This document shows positions 53,251 through 64,000 of a DNA stretch of 64,000 nt, in pieces. A program made the position numbers and the translations under genes. The stretch spans positions 96,001 through 160,000 of the forward strand of contig CAVYSE010000018.1 in assembly GCA_963771075.1 (NCBI GenBank). The letters run 5' to 3'. Numbering within the stretch: the first letter of the stretch is position 1; the number at the start of each line of letters is the position of its first letter. Origin of the DNA: a candidate division FCPU426 bacterium (GTDB lineage Bacteria > Oederibacteriota > Muellerivitia > Muellerivitales > Muellerivitaceae). The notes under the pieces are model-generated. The model was not told where the DNA came from. It ran no database searches and worked only from the letters and a program-made list of their open reading frames with translations.

Positions 53251-53847
53251 ATGGTTAAAAAAGGACTCGTGATTGTTCTTTCCGCGCCCTCGGGTGGCGG
53301 GAAGACCACCCTGGCGGAGCGTCTTCTCAAACAGGAAAAAAATCTCATCCGTTCGATTTCGTGCACCACCCGAAAACCCAGGCCAGGCGAGAAAAGCGGA
53401 AAAGCCTATTTTTTTGTATCCGAAAAGAGGTTCCGGTCCGAGATGAAAAAAAACGGATTCCTGGAATGGGCGAAGGTCCACGGCCACTATTACGGAACTC
53501 CCAAACGATGGGTCGGCCAACAACTCCGAAGAGGCAAGGATGTCCTATTCGTCATTGATGTCCAGGGAGGGGCTGCGCTTAAACGCCAGGATGCGGGGGC
53601 TCTGTTGATCTTTGTGAATCCTCCCACCTTGAGGGCTCTACGGGACCGGTTGCTCAAACGCGGCGACAACAGCCCCCGAGACCTGGCCCTTCGGTTGAAA
53701 AACGCCAAAAGTGAAATAAAACAAGGCCGCCAATATGATTACCGGGTTGTGAATGACCAAATTCCACGAGCCGTAAGGGAAATCAGGGGTATTTTGCGGC
53801 TTGTTCGACAGGCGAGGGCCAGAGTTTGGACGCTAGGGGCTGATTGA
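53251..53847 (+). CDS. gmk: Guanylate kinase
   Basis: SAPSGGGKTT, TTRKPRPGE, YYGT and IDVQG motifs. Confidence 0.96.
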   Translation: MVKKGLVIVLSAPSGGGKTTLAERLLKQEKNLIRSISCTTRKPRPGEKSGKAYFFVSEKRFRSEMKKNGFLEWAKVHGHYYGTPKRWVGQQLRRGKDVLFVIDVQGGAALKRQDAGALLIFVNPPTLRALRDRLLKRGDNSPRDLALRLKNAKSEIKQGRQYDYRVVNDQIPRAVREIRGILRLVRQARARVWTLGAD

Positions 53848-53948
53848 TTACCTGGAAAGACGGGCCCTTTTTATACATTTTTCGCCCTTTTTCAGTATAA
53901 TTCCATCCCTTGGCGGCAATGGAGCCGCCTTAAAACGCTGGAGGTCGC

Positions 53949-54191
53949 ATGGCAATCACGACGGATGACAAGCTTAATTCGACTTTTGTGAATCCCGAAA
54001 ACAAGTACCTTTCGGTTTTGGCCGCCTCGAAAAGAGCCCGCCAATTGCTGGACAAGGCCGAGAAGCACAACCTGACCGTGGACACGGAAAAAGTCATTTT
54101 GCAGGCCTTAATGGAGTTCCGCGAGGGAAAGGTGCAATTCACCTTCTCCGACGCGCCCGTTAAAAAGAAGAAAGATAAAGAAAAGGATTAA
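53949..54191 (+). CDS. rpoZ: RNA polymerase omega subunit
   Basis: NKYLSVLAASKRARQL; located between gmk and coaBC. Confidence 0.88.
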   Translation: MAITTDDKLNSTFVNPENKYLSVLAASKRARQLLDKAEKHNLTVDTEKVILQALMEFREGKVQFTFSDAPVKKKKDKEKD

Positions 54192-54242
54192 AAGCGGCTT
54201 CCCCGGCCAGTGGTTGGCTAGCGGTTGCCGGCTGAAACGAGG

Positions 54243-55499
54243 ATGACCCAAGCCATCCGAAAACCCAGGGTACTCCTTGGCGTCACAGGTAGTGTGGCCG
54301 CCTACAAGGCCGTGGAACTCATCCAAGCCTTAAAAGTATTCGCGGAAGTCCGAGTGGTAGCCACCGAAGCGGGAGGGAAGCTGGTGCCCCTCTCAGCCTT
54401 AAAAAAAGCGTCCGGTTTCCCGGTTTGGAAAAGTTTGTTCGCCGGCTCAACGCCCATTCCTCCCGGCACCCCCAGCGGATCCCATCCCCGCGCCACGGTT
54501 CCCCACATTGAATACGCCAAACAGGCGGATTTGATCCTCATTGCCCCCGCCACGGCCAATTGCATGGCGAAGCTTTCGTTGGGAATAGCGGATGACCTTC
54601 TCACTTCGTTGTGCCTATACGCGGAATGCCCCCTTTGGCTCGCGCCAGCCATGAACGTCAATATGTGGAACCATCCCGCCACGAGGAAAAATCACCATAT
54701 CCTTTTGGGAAGAGGCGTTCGATTCCTTGGACCGGATAGGGGTTTCCTGGCTTGCGGCGACGTGGGGGAAGGGCGGTTCGCGGAACCCCTTGAAATCGCG
54801 TCACAGGTGGAAAGTTATTTCAAAAAAAACAAAACCTGGAGGGGTTTAAGGGTGGTGGTGACCGCCGGGCCCACCCAGGAAGCCCTTGATCCGGTGAGGG
54901 TTTTGACGAATCATTCCAGCGGGAAGATGGGGTACGCCCTGGCCCAGGCCGCCCTGAACCGGGGAGCGGAAGTGACCCTGCTGCATGGTCCGGTCTCCCT
55001 GGCCCCCCTGACAAGGGCGAAGATGGTCCCGGTGACCACCGCCCTGGAATTGCGTGCCGAGGTTTTAAAAGCCTTGCCGCACACAGACCTTCTCATTATG
55101 GCGGCGGCCGTAGCGGATTACCGTCCGGCCCAACCATCCCGGAACAAGATTAAAAAATCAAAATCCAGGTTGAGTCTCCGTTTGGTAAAAAATCCGGATA
55201 TCTTGGGGGAGGTATTAAAGCGCCGGGGTCCACGACAGGTGATCGTGGGGTTCGCCGCCGAAACCGACCATTTGCGCTCGAAAGCCGAAAAAAAGTGGAA
55301 TCATAAGCCCTGTGATATCCTGGCGGCCAACCGTGTGGGCAAGGGTCGCGTTTTCGGGACCGATCAAAATGAGTTGTTGGTTTTTTCAAGATTGTCCTCC
55401 AAGCCCACTCCGATAGGGCCCGCTACCAAAGCCACCATCGCCGAGAAGTTGTTGGAATTAACCGAGCCGTTATTAAAATCTGTTCATTTAAAAGGCTGA
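54243..55499 (+). CDS. coaBC: Phosphopantothenoylcysteine decarboxylase/ligase
   Basis: GVTGSVAAYK, APAMN, TAGPTQE, SSGKMG, AAVADY and GFAAET motifs. Confidence 0.96.
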   Translation: MTQAIRKPRVLLGVTGSVAAYKAVELIQALKVFAEVRVVATEAGGKLVPLSALKKASGFPVWKSLFAGSTPIPPGTPSGSHPRATVPHIEYAKQADLILIAPATANCMAKLSLGIADDLLTSLCLYAECPLWLAPAMNVNMWNHPATRKNHHILLGRGVRFLGPDRGFLACGDVGEGRFAEPLEIASQVESYFKKNKTWRGLRVVVTAGPTQEALDPVRVLTNHSSGKMGYALAQAALNRGAEVTLLHGPVSLAPLTRAKMVPVTTALELRAEVLKALPHTDLLIMAAAVADYRPAQPSRNKIKKSKSRLSLRLVKNPDILGEVLKRRGPRQVIVGFAAETDHLRSKAEKKWNHKPCDILAANRVGKGRVFGTDQNELLVFSRLSSKPTPIGPATKATIAEKLLELTEPLLKSVHLKG

Positions 55500-55501
55500 A
55501 T

Positions 55502-57175
55502 ATGAAAATTTGGATTTATCTCATCGCGTTCCTTTTGACGAGTTTGACCTACGGACAAAATGGACAAGTTCCAACCACCCAGGGAAAACCGCTTTTCGTA
55601 CCCGGCGAAGTCCTGGTCCGTCTCAAGGAGAATACGGCAGGTGCGGATAAAGCCCGCCTATTGGGGGCAAAAGCCCATGCCGCCCCATCGGAACTCAAGG
55701 GGGTCTACCGTCTTGAATTGGAGGCGGGGGAAGATGTCCAAGCCCGCGTGGAAGAATTAAAAAAAGATCCGGCGGTGGACCTGGTCCAACCCAATTATTG
55801 CTATTACGCCTCATCCGCTCCCGCCTCCTGCAGCCCGAACGTCCTTAATTTCGCTACGCCAGAATATTGGCCCTTGACGATCATTCAAGCTCCCCAAGCA
55901 TGGGCGACGATCAACGGAAGCTGCTCGCCCCTTTTACTAGGCGCCGGTGTGACCGTGGCGGTGTTGGATACGGGAGTTTCGGTGACCCATCCAGGTTTGA
56001 CGGGAGTCAGCGTTTCAGGGTCAGTGACGAACAGTGTTTCCGGGGGTATCAATACCGCCGATGATTACGGCCATGGAACCTACGTCGCGGGTATCCTGGC
56101 CGGTCAATGGAACGCCAATGGGATGGCGGGATTGGCTCCCGGCATTACCCTCATGCCGATCAAGGTATTGGACCATTGCGGTAAGGGTAATTCGGACGAG
56201 ATCGCCGCGGGAACAATCTTTGCGGTGAACCATGGGGCTCGAGTCCTTAATTTTTCACTCGGCGGTCCGGGTCAAGACGACCTGGAACAGGAAGCCATTG
56301 ACCAGGCCCTTTCCGCCGGTTGCGTGGTGGTGGCGGCGTCGGGAAACGAATCAAACCTGCCGGGTACCCTTGCCCCACTGAATTACCCGGCGGCCTATCC
56401 CGGTGTGCTTTCCGTGGGAGCCAGTGACGAAAACGACCATGTGGCACCCTATTCGAACGGCGGCACTGGGTTAGAAATGGTGGCCCCCGGTGGAACCTAT
56501 TCGGGATTACCTGCACCTAGCCCGAGTAATTTTTCCTTATTCGCATCCCAGTTGATTTTCAGCACGATTCTTGACCCGAGCGCTCCTCTCTGCGCGCCCG
56601 TGACCCAATCCGATTTTATACTAGACCCGGCAAATCCCTTGTATGGCGTAGCGGCCGGCACCTCCGCCGCCACTCCTTTTGTTTCCGCTACCGCAGCTTT
56701 GTTGTTTTCGGTTCATCCCGACATGACGAATAACCAGGTAGTCAATGCCATCGTCAATAACACTGAAAGTCTCAATGGGAATACCGGATGGGACGCTGAA
56801 ACCGGCTATGGCCGCTTGAATGTCTACCAAGCCCTTCTCAACGCCCAAAACTCAACTGGGAAAATCACGCCTTTTCTCAAAACCTTCAACTATCCCAACC
56901 CCTTTTATCCTGACATGACGCCCTCCATCACCATCACGGTGCCCCTGGCTTCGTCCCAGATGGTTGAATTGACCATCAGGGATTCGGGTGGAAAATTGGT
57001 TTTTCACGAAATCACCCCGGCCCTTCCGCAATTTAAATCCTTCGGTATCACTTGGGACGGGCGGAACTCCACGGGCCAATTGGTCACGACTGGAATATAT
57101 TTTTATACCGTGACTGCGGGCGGGGTGACGGGCCACAATAAGATCGTCGTGGTACGCGGAAGCACGAGCCCATGA
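55502..57175 (+). CDS. Secreted S8 subtilase with FlgD-like C-terminal sorting domain
   Basis: Catalytic motifs VAVLDTG, HGTYVAG and GTSAATP; YPNPF...WDGRNSTG...GIYFY...KIVVVR. Confidence 0.92.
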   Translation: MKIWIYLIAFLLTSLTYGQNGQVPTTQGKPLFVPGEVLVRLKENTAGADKARLLGAKAHAAPSELKGVYRLELEAGEDVQARVEELKKDPAVDLVQPNYCYYASSAPASCSPNVLNFATPEYWPLTIIQAPQAWATINGSCSPLLLGAGVTVAVLDTGVSVTHPGLTGVSVSGSVTNSVSGGINTADDYGHGTYVAGILAGQWNANGMAGLAPGITLMPIKVLDHCGKGNSDEIAAGTIFAVNHGARVLNFSLGGPGQDDLEQEAIDQALSAGCVVVAASGNESNLPGTLAPLNYPAAYPGVLSVGASDENDHVAPYSNGGTGLEMVAPGGTYSGLPAPSPSNFSLFASQLIFSTILDPSAPLCAPVTQSDFILDPANPLYGVAAGTSAATPFVSATAALLFSVHPDMTNNQVVNAIVNNTESLNGNTGWDAETGYGRLNVYQALLNAQNSTGKITPFLKTFNYPNPFYPDMTPSITITVPLASSQMVELTIRDSGGKLVFHEITPALPQFKSFGITWDGRNSTGQLVTTGIYFYTVTAGGVTGHNKIVVVRGSTSP

Positions 57176-58167
57176 AAAAGCTTCTTCCGGGTTGGTTTCT
57201 AATGTTTTTATTTGCATTTAGGTGTTTTTTACCCTCCGGTGCCTTTGCCTCGGGGGGCCAACGCCCAAATGCCTATACCGAATATGGCGTAGGGGGGGCG
57301 CCGGAAGCCATGGCCGGGGCCGCGGTCGGGTTAAGGAACGATCCGTCTTGCGGTTTTTGGAACCCGGCGGGTTTAACCGCCGTCAAGAATATTCAAATCG
57401 AGGCGCAGAACAGCTTCCTATCCCTCAATCAATCCCTTGATTACTACTCTTTCAGCGCAAACCTCCAAGACTCGGTCTATTGCGGGTTGTCCCTATTGGC
57501 CTATAGCGCCGGAAATGACTTGGAGGTCCGAAATGGAAATTCCATGAACCCAGACAGCATCCTGAGCGACGCGGAATACACCGGTCTCCTATCAGGCGCA
57601 TTCCGTTTGAGCCCCCATTGGGCGGGGGGCTTCAATTTGAAACTTCTCCTGAATAATCTGGGAAACGTTCAAAGTGCGAATGGAACTGGTTTTGGCTTTG
57701 ACACGGGGCTTCAGTACCGGGTCGATAACGACACGACCATTGGGCTGGTGGTCCAGGATCCCTATACGGTTTTCACCTATCAAGATTCTTTCTCGACCGT
57801 GATTCCCACAACATTCCGGTGGGGGATGAACCGGCGGGAAGAGTCTTTGCGGGGAAACTGGGCCTTTGACCTGGAATGGAGCCAAGACCTGGGTTTCCAA
57901 CCGCGCCTTGGGGCCGAATGGTTTCCCTTTGAGGTGCTCGCCTTGCGGGCTGGAGTTTGGGCGGGAGGCTTGAATTCAGGTGATAACGGAGTCGGCCCGA
58001 CCCTCAATTTGACTTGCGGTCTCGGGATTTTAATACCGCTTCGAAAATCTTTTGTCCCTCGGCAATCTGGCGTGGATCAAATTATCATCGATTATTCATT
58101 GATTCCCGATCCCCAACAGCCGGGAGCGGTCTTGAATCAAATCGCGGCATCGGGCAAATTTATGTAA
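57172..58167 (+). CDS. PorV/PorQ-like outer-membrane beta-barrel protein
   Basis: GVGGAPEAMAGAAVG...FWNPAGL; GFGFDTG; ATGA overlap with the S8 gene. Confidence 0.72.
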   Translation: MKKLLPGWFLMFLFAFRCFLPSGAFASGGQRPNAYTEYGVGGAPEAMAGAAVGLRNDPSCGFWNPAGLTAVKNIQIEAQNSFLSLNQSLDYYSFSANLQDSVYCGLSLLAYSAGNDLEVRNGNSMNPDSILSDAEYTGLLSGAFRLSPHWAGGFNLKLLLNNLGNVQSANGTGFGFDTGLQYRVDNDTTIGLVVQDPYTVFTYQDSFSTVIPTTFRWGMNRREESLRGNWAFDLEWSQDLGFQPRLGAEWFPFEVLALRAGVWAGGLNSGDNGVGPTLNLTCGLGILIPLRKSFVPRQSGVDQIIIDYSLIPDPQQPGAVLNQIAASGKFM

Positions 58168-58216
58168 TCCGATGGTTCTCGGCCGGACATTTTTAATAAT
58201 GAATTGGAAAAAAGTC

Positions 58217-59041
58217 ATGTCTCAACCAAATTCGTTAAAACAACAATTGGAAACCTGCCGGAGACTAGGCATCCGGTATTTGTCCATGCCCAAAGAGAAC
58301 CCTTCCTCCGGAGGCGTCGGGCAATCAGACCGGACGCCCCTGGATCAAGAAGGCCTCAAAAACCACCCAGCGGTAAAGGCTATCCCGAAACCTGAATTAA
58401 ATGCCCCCTCTTCCCCGACAAGGCGTTCTTTGAAAATGCTTTCCCGGGATTCATGGATGACCCTGAACCAGGACAGCGTGGAGGGGATGGAACTAACCGC
58501 GTACGAAGCGGATATCCACGATTGTCAAAACTGCGCCCTTGGTGCGACCCGAACCCGGTTCGTTTTCGGGAGCGGCAACCCAAAAGCGGAGGTGATGTTT
58601 GTGGGGGAGGCTCCAGGGGCGGATGAGGATGCCCAGGGTTTACCCTTTGTCGGACGAGCTGGACAACTTTTGACCAAGATTATCGAGTCCACTAAAACCT
58701 GGAAAAGGGAGGAGGTATTCATTTGCAATGTGTTGAAATGCCGGCCTCCGGGAAACCGCACTCCCTTGCCGGAGGAAGTCGAGCACTGCAGGCCTTACCT
58801 TGAGGAACAGGTCCGCATCATCAAGCCCAAACTGATTATGGCGCTGGGGGCCAGCGCCGCCCAGGCGCTTTTGTCCACCAAAGAGCCGGTTGGAAAACTT
58901 CGTAACCGATGGCATGATTATTCGGGTATTCCACTCAGGGTCACTTACCATCCTGCTGCTTTATTAAGGTTTGAGGGATATAAGAAGGATGTTTGGGCTG
59001 ATATGAAGGAATTTTCAACGAAATACGGGTTAATTAAATGA
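58217..59041 (+). CDS. Family-4 uracil-DNA glycosylase
   Basis: [22 protein letters not shown] and TYHPAA motifs; Fe-S cysteines; start approximate. Confidence 0.93.
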   Translation: MSQPNSLKQQLETCRRLGIRYLSMPKENPSSGGVGQSDRTPLDQEGLKNHPAVKAIPKPELNAPSSPTRRSLKMLSRDSWMTLNQDSVEGMELTAYEADIHDCQNCALGATRTRFVFGSGNPKAEVMFVGEAPGADEDAQGLPFVGRAGQLLTKIIESTKTWKREEVFICNVLKCRPPGNRTPLPEEVEHCRPYLEEQVRIIKPKLIMALGASAAQALLSTKEPVGKLRNRWHDYSGIPLRVTYHPAALLRFEGYKKDVWADMKEFSTKYGLIK

Positions 59042-59136
59042 AAATAAGAGCTTCAAGGGGAATTATTGTTTGCCGTTAAACCTGTATAATCCGGTGAAAA
59101 TAAATTCCCCATTCTTCTAATGAACGGTAAGTCTCA

Positions 59137-62100
59137 ATGATGTGCAATAAATGGAAATTTAAATCTGCTTTGGCATTAATATTCGTGTTCATTGTCACGC
59201 CCTCTGTTTTCGCGGATTGCCTTGTTTCGGATCAATTTAACAATGAAATCCTTCCGGCTTGGACAGCGCTCGATATTGGTACCGCCTCACTTGGTGTTAC
59301 CTCTGTCGGTTCAGTCCTAACCATGACCAGCAATGACCCCGGTATGCCCGGCGGCGGGGGAACCACTTCGGATTCATTTTATTATCTTTATCAATCTTCC
59401 ACTGGTGATCCGGAGGTTACACTCCAAATCGATTCGATGCCGGCCGCCACCGGGGGCCGATTGGGGATCATGTTCCGAAATGGTATCCCGCCCGGGGATG
59501 TTTTCGCCTATGTTTTTGCCGCGACGACCGGGGCGGGCACGGGAAGTTTTAATACCATGTATAGGAATCCCGCGAATACCGGCAACCAAACATTAGGTAC
59601 AGCGGCTGGGAATTGGACAACCGCGACTCTTCCGGTTTATGTACGGATGTCGAAGGCGGGCACGAATTTTGACGCTTATTTCTCGAACGACGGGAATACC
59701 TGGACGAGGTTTGCCAACATTGGCGTTGCAGGATTTACCGCATCTCCCTATTTGGTGGGCATAGCCCTGGCTTCAGCGAATAATGTAGCGCCGGGCGACA
59801 CAGGTTCGGTCGAAGATTTTAGCGTCATATCGGGTTACTGTACCCAAACCAACACACCGACTTTTTCCAGTACGACTACCCCGACCCAGACCCCCACACT
59901 CACGCCGACGATCACGAATACCGTGACCCTGACTCCGACGGTGACCTTGACACCGACTGAGAGCTACACGATCACGCTTACGCCGACGATCACCGATACC
60001 GTGACCTTGACGCCAACGATCACGAATACGGAAACCCTGACTCCGACCATCACGCCGACCTTCACGGCTACACCCACGGTAACGATGACCTATACGGTGA
60101 CCCAGACGCCGCCGGTACTCAATATAGTTCGTGTGACGCCACCCGTGGATGCGACGGTGATACCGGGAAGCCAGGGAGTGTCGGTGGTTCAAGTGAAAGT
60201 CAGCAACAACGATGGGGAGGGAGTGAACCTCAATTACGTGGTATTGCAGGCGACAGGGACGGGGGATTCGTTGCCGGTTAACGTCACGGCGGTGAATTTG
60301 TACAAGGGCTCAACCTTGTTGGCAAGTTCGACCTATTCGGGGACGTCGCCGAACGAATATGTCACCCTGGGAGGATTCCCGTTGGATGGGATAGGGGCGG
60401 GGTTATCGCAGAATTACATGATTACGTATGATTTCGCGGGTGGAGCGGGGTTGGGGACCTATGGGATGAACGTGGTTGGAGCGGGGGGGGTGGGACAAAG
60501 TACGGGACAACTGGTCCAGTTAACGGGGGTGCCGTTTGCGGGGGCAACGATCATGGTGGCGGCGGCGACTCCCACACCAACCTTTACGGCGACGAGCAGT
60601 TTCACCTCTACATCGACCTGGACGGGTACCTCGACGCCGACGATCACCCTGACTCCGACGGTGACCCTGACGCCGACCCCGAGCTACACGATCACGCTTA
60701 CCCCAACGATCACGAACACGGTGACCCTAACTCCGACGGTGACCTTGACGCCGACTGAGAGCTACACGATCACACTCACGCCGACGATCACGAATACCGT
60801 GACCCTGACCCCGACGGTGACTTTGACACCGACTGAGAGCTACACGATCACGCTTACGCCGACGATCACCGATACCGTGACCTTGACGCCAACGATCACG
60901 AATACGGAAACCCTGACTCCGACCATCACGCCAACCTTCACGGCTACACCCACGGTAACGATGACCTATACGGTGACCCAGACGCCGCCGGTACTCAATA
61001 TAGTTCGTGTGACGCCACCCGTGGATGCGACGGTGATACCGGGAAGCCAGGGAGTGTCGGTGGTTCAAGTGAAAGTCAGCAACAACGATGGGGAGGGAGT
61101 GAACCTCAATTACGTGGTATTGCAGGCGACAGGGACGGGGGAATCGTTGCCGGTTAACGTCACGGCGGTGAATTTGTACAAGGGCTCAACCTTGTTGGCA
61201 AGTTCGACCTATTCGGGGACGTCGCCGAACGAATATGTCACCCTGGGAGGATTCCCGTTGGATGGGATAGGGGCGGGGTTATCGCAGAATTACATGATTA
61301 CGTATGATTTCGCGGGTGGAGCGGGGTTGGGGACCTATGGGATGAACGTGGTTGGAGCGGGGGGGGTGGGACAAAGTACGGGACAACTGGTCCAGTTAAC
61401 GGGGGTGCCGTTTGCGGGGGCAACGATCATGGTGGCGGCGGCGACTCCCACACCAACCTTTACGGCGACGAGCAGTTTCACCTCTACATCGACCTGGACG
61501 GGTACCTCGACGCCGACGATCACCCTGACTCCGACGGTGACCCTGACGCCGACCCCGAGCTACACGATCACGCTTACCCCAACGATCACGAACACGGTGA
61601 CCCTAACTCCGACGGTGACCTTGACGCCGACTGAGAGCTACACGATCACACTCACGCCGACGATCACGAATACCGTGACCCTGACCCCGACGGTGACCTT
61701 GACACCGACTGAGAGCTACACGATCACACTTACGCCGACGATCACCGATACCGTGACCTTGACGCCAACGATCACGAATACGGAAACCCTGACTCCGACC
61801 ATCACGCCAACCTTCACGGCTACACCCACGGTAACGATGACCTATACGGTGACCCAGACGCCGCCGGTACTCAATATAGTTCGTGTGACGCCACCCGTGG
61901 ATACGACGGTGATACCGGGAAGCCAGGGAGTGTCGGTGGTTCAAGTGAAAGTCAGCAACAACGATGGGGAGGGAGTGAACCTCAGTTACGTGATATTGCA
62001 GGCGACAGGGACGGGGGAATCGTTGCCGGTTAACGTCACGGCGGTGAATTTGTACAAGGGCTCAACCTTGTTGGCAAGTTCGACCTATTCGGGGACGTCG

Positions 62101-64000
62101 CCGAACGAATATGTCACCCTGGGAGGATTCCCGTTGGATGGGATAGGGGCGGGGTTATCGCAGAATTACATGATTACGTATGATTTCGCGGGTGGAGCGG
62201 GGTTGGGGACCTATGGGATGAACGTGGTTGGAGCGGGGGGGGTGGGACAAAGTACGGGACAACTGGTCCAGTTAACGGGGGTGCCGTTTGCGGGGGCAAC
62301 GATCATGGTGGCGGCGGCGACTCCCACACCAACCTTTACGGCGACGAGCAGTTTCACCTCTACATCGACCTGGACGGGTACCTCGACGCCGACGATCACC
62401 CTGACTCCGACGGTGACCCTGACGCCGACCCCGAGCTACACGATCACGCTTACCCCAACGATCACGAACACGGTGACCCTAACTCCGACGGTGACCTTGA
62501 CGCCGACTGAGAGCTACACGATCACACTCACGCCGACGATCACGAATACCGTGACCCTGACTCCAACAGTGACCTTGACGCCGACTGAGAGCTACACGAT
62601 CACACTTACGCCGACGATCACCGATACCGTGACCTTGACGCCAACGATCACGAATACGGAAACCCTGACTCCGACCATCACGCCAACCTTCACGGCTACA
62701 CCCACGGTAACGATGACCTATACGGTGACCCAGACGCCGCCGGTACTCAATATAGTTCGTGTGACGCCACCCGTGGATACGACGGTGATACCGGGAAGCC
62801 AGGGAGTGTCGGTGGTTCAAGTGAAAGTCAGCAACAACGATGGGGAGGGAGTAAACCTCAGTTACGTGATATTGCAGGCGACAGGGACGGGGGAATCGTT
62901 GCCGGTTAACGTCACGGCGGTGAATTTGTACAAGGGATCAACCTTGTTGGCAAGTTCGACCTATTCGGGGACGTCGCCGAACGAATATGTCACCCTGGGA
63001 GGATTCCCGTTGGATGGGATAGGGGCGGGGTTATCGCAGAATTACATGATTACGTATGATTTCGCGGGTGGAGCGGGGTTGGGGACCTATGGGATGAACG
63101 TGGTTGGAGCGGGGGGGGTGGGACAAAGTACGGGACAACTGGTCCAGTTAACGGGGGTGCCGTTTGCGGGGGCAACGATCATGGTGGCGGCGGCGACTCC
63201 CACACCAACCTTTACGGCGACGAGCAGTTTCACCTCTACATCGACCTGGACGGGAACACCGACACCGACCATCACCCTGACACCGACGATCACCAATACC
63301 GTGACCTTAACCCCAACGATCACGAATACGGTGACCCTGACTCCGACAATCACGAACACGGTGACCCTGACTCCAACAGTGACCCTGACACCGACGATCA
63401 CCAATACCGTGACCTTAACCCCGACAATCACCAACACGGTGACCTTGACGCCGACAATCACGAATACAGTGACGAATACGCCGACCTTTACGCCGACCGT
63501 GACAAGCACTTGGACCTCGACCACGACTCCGACGGTGACTCCGACGGTGGGGCTGGCCTTGTCGTGGAACAATCTGCCCTCGCCGCAGAACTATTTGTTT
63601 AACCAGATAAACGTATCGAGTCTGCAGTTCGTATTGACGTCGACGGCGCAGGAGAATGTGCTGGTGAAACAGCTGGTGTTCACGGGCGGCGGGAGCGTGG
63701 GCTGGACCGGGGATGTGGTGGCGGGGAGCGTGAGGTTGTACCAGGACAATTCACCGGGTTCCAATGGGTTGTATAACGCCGCCGATACGCTGTTGCTGGG
63801 AAGCCAAACCTTTGACTCAACGGGAGCGGTGACATTCACGAGCCTGTCGGGATTGACAAGCCTGGCGTCGGGAGCGCCGCAAACCTTCCTGCTGGTGTTT
63901 GACCTGAACATGGGGGGATTGGCGAGCAAGACTTTTGACAACGGGCTGGCCTTGGGAGGGATCACGGCGAACGGCCAGACGACGGGGCAGGGGGCGATCC
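59137..64000 (+). CDS. Giant secreted protein (>1620 aa, runs off the window): ConA-like N-terminal domain, then repeated beta-domain + Thr/Pro linker modules
   Basis: Frame 1 reads MMCNKWKFKSALALIFVFIVTPSVFA (signal peptide) and no stop was found; absent from the ORF track, consistent with no stop codon in the window. Confidence 0.88.
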   Translation, partial: MMCNKWKFKSALALIFVFIVTPSVFADCLVSDQFNNEILPAWTALDIGTASLGVTSVGSVLTMTSNDPGMPGGGGTTSDSFYYLYQSSTGDPEVTLQIDSMPAATGGRLGIMFRNGIPPGDVFAYVFAATTGAGTGSFNTMYRNPANTGNQTLGTAAGNWTTATLPVYVRMSKAGTNFDAYFSNDGNTWTRFANIGVAGFTASPYLVGIALASANNVAPGDTGSVEDFSVISGYCTQTNTPTFSSTTTPTQTPTLTPTITNTVTLTPTVTLTPTESYTITLTPTITDTVTLTPTITNTETLTPTITPTFTATPTVTMTYTVTQTPPVLNIVRVTPPVDATVIPGSQGVSVVQVKVSNNDGEGVNLNYVVLQATGTGDSLPVNVTAVNLYKGSTLLASSTYSGTSPNEYVTLGGFPLDGIGAGLSQNYMITYDFAGGAGLGTYGMNVVGAGGVGQSTGQLVQLTGVPFAGATIMVAAATPTPTFTATSSFTSTSTWTGTSTPTITLTPTVTLTPTPSYTITLTPTITNTVTLTPTVTLTPTESYTITLTPTITNTVTLTPTVTLTPTESYTITLTPTITDTVTLTPTITNTETLTPTITPTFTATPTVTMTYTVTQTPPVLNIVRVTPPVDATVIPGSQGVSVVQVKVSNNDGEGVNLNYVVLQATGTGESLPVNVTAVNLYKGSTLLASSTYSGTSPNEYVTLGGFPLDGIGAGLSQNYMITYDFAGGAGLGTYGMNVVGAGGVGQSTGQLVQLTGVPFAGATIMVAAATPTPTFTATSSFTSTSTWTGTSTPTITLTPTVTLTPTPSYTITLTPTITNTVTLTPTVTLTPTESYTITLTPTITNTVTLTPTVTLTPTESYTITLTPTITDTVTLTPTITNTETLTPTITPTFTATPTVTMTYTVTQTPPVLNIVRVTPPVDTTVIPGSQGVSVVQVKVSNNDGEGVNLSYVILQATGTGESLPVNVTAVNLYKGSTLLASSTYSGTSPNEYVTLGGFPLDGIGAGLSQNYMITYDFAGGAGLGTYGMNVVGAGGVGQSTGQLVQLTGVPFAGATIMVAAATPTPTFTATSSFTSTSTWTGTSTPTITLTPTVTLTPTPSYTITLTPTITNTVTLTPTVTLTPTESYTITLTPTITNTVTLTPTVTLTPTESYTITLTPTITDTVTLTPTITNTETLTPTITPTFTATPTVTMTYTVTQTPPVLNIVRVTPPVDTTVIPGSQGVSVVQVKVSNNDGEGVNLSYVILQATGTGESLPVNVTAVNLYKGSTLLASSTYSGTSPNEYVTLGGFPLDGIGAGLSQNYMITYDFAGGAGLGTYGMNVVGAGGVGQSTGQLVQLTGVPFAGATIMVAAATPTPTFTATSSFTSTSTWTGTPTPTITLTPTITNTVTLTPTITNTVTLTPTITNTVTLTPTVTLTPTITNTVTLTPTITNTVTLTPTITNTVTNTPTFTPTVTSTWTSTTTPTVTPTVGLALSWNNLPSPQNYLFNQINVSSLQFVLTSTAQENVLVKQLVFTGGGSVGWTGDVVAGSVRLYQDNSPGSNGLYNAADTLLLGSQTFDSTGAVTFTSLSGLTSLASGAPQTFLLVFDLNMGGLASKTFDNGLALGGITANGQTTGQGAI
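59895..63254 (+). repeat. Near-identical 876-bp (292-aa) tandem repeat, about 3.8 copies
   Basis: Shadow ORFs recur at 60459, 61335, 62211 and 63087; only a few substitutions between copies. Confidence 0.93.

Noticed and set aside
59895..63254. Near-identical repeats as DGR template/variable regions
   Set aside because: In-frame tandem domain copies with few substitutions; no reverse transcriptase in the window

Overview
64 kb of a GC-rich bacterial chromosome with almost all genes on the + strand. Housekeeping blocks are gmd/fcl/rfbD, pyrK-pyrD-rlpA-pyrF-pyrE, a beta-oxidation cluster, CIRCE-controlled groES-groEL, a DUF58/vWA/TPR/MoxR (Bat-like) operon and yicC-gmk-rpoZ-coaBC-udg. Three very large Thr/Pro-stalked secreted proteins and an S8 protease are present. 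Those whose C-terminus is in the window end in a FlgD-like, T9SS-type sorting domain, and two are coupled to their own PorV-family gene. This content suggests a diderm candidate phylum such as FCPU426 (inference only). The most unusual signal is a dispersed family of seven intergenic cassettes bounded by inverted arms made of tandem 8-nt units (CRCVAAGA). Each starts just after a stop codon between co-oriented genes and carries a GxxExxY (PD-(D/E)XK-type) gene, other AT-rich cargo, or no gene. A second family of 7-nt-period arrays occupies similar positions. Three toxins from separate TA pairs share an appended EP[PR]AxY + Lys-rich tail. The first 3 kb holds decayed, duplicated gene fragments. 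Several frameshifts, notably at 28.9-30.6 kb, are probably sequencing errors. No rRNA, tRNA or CRISPR array was seen.
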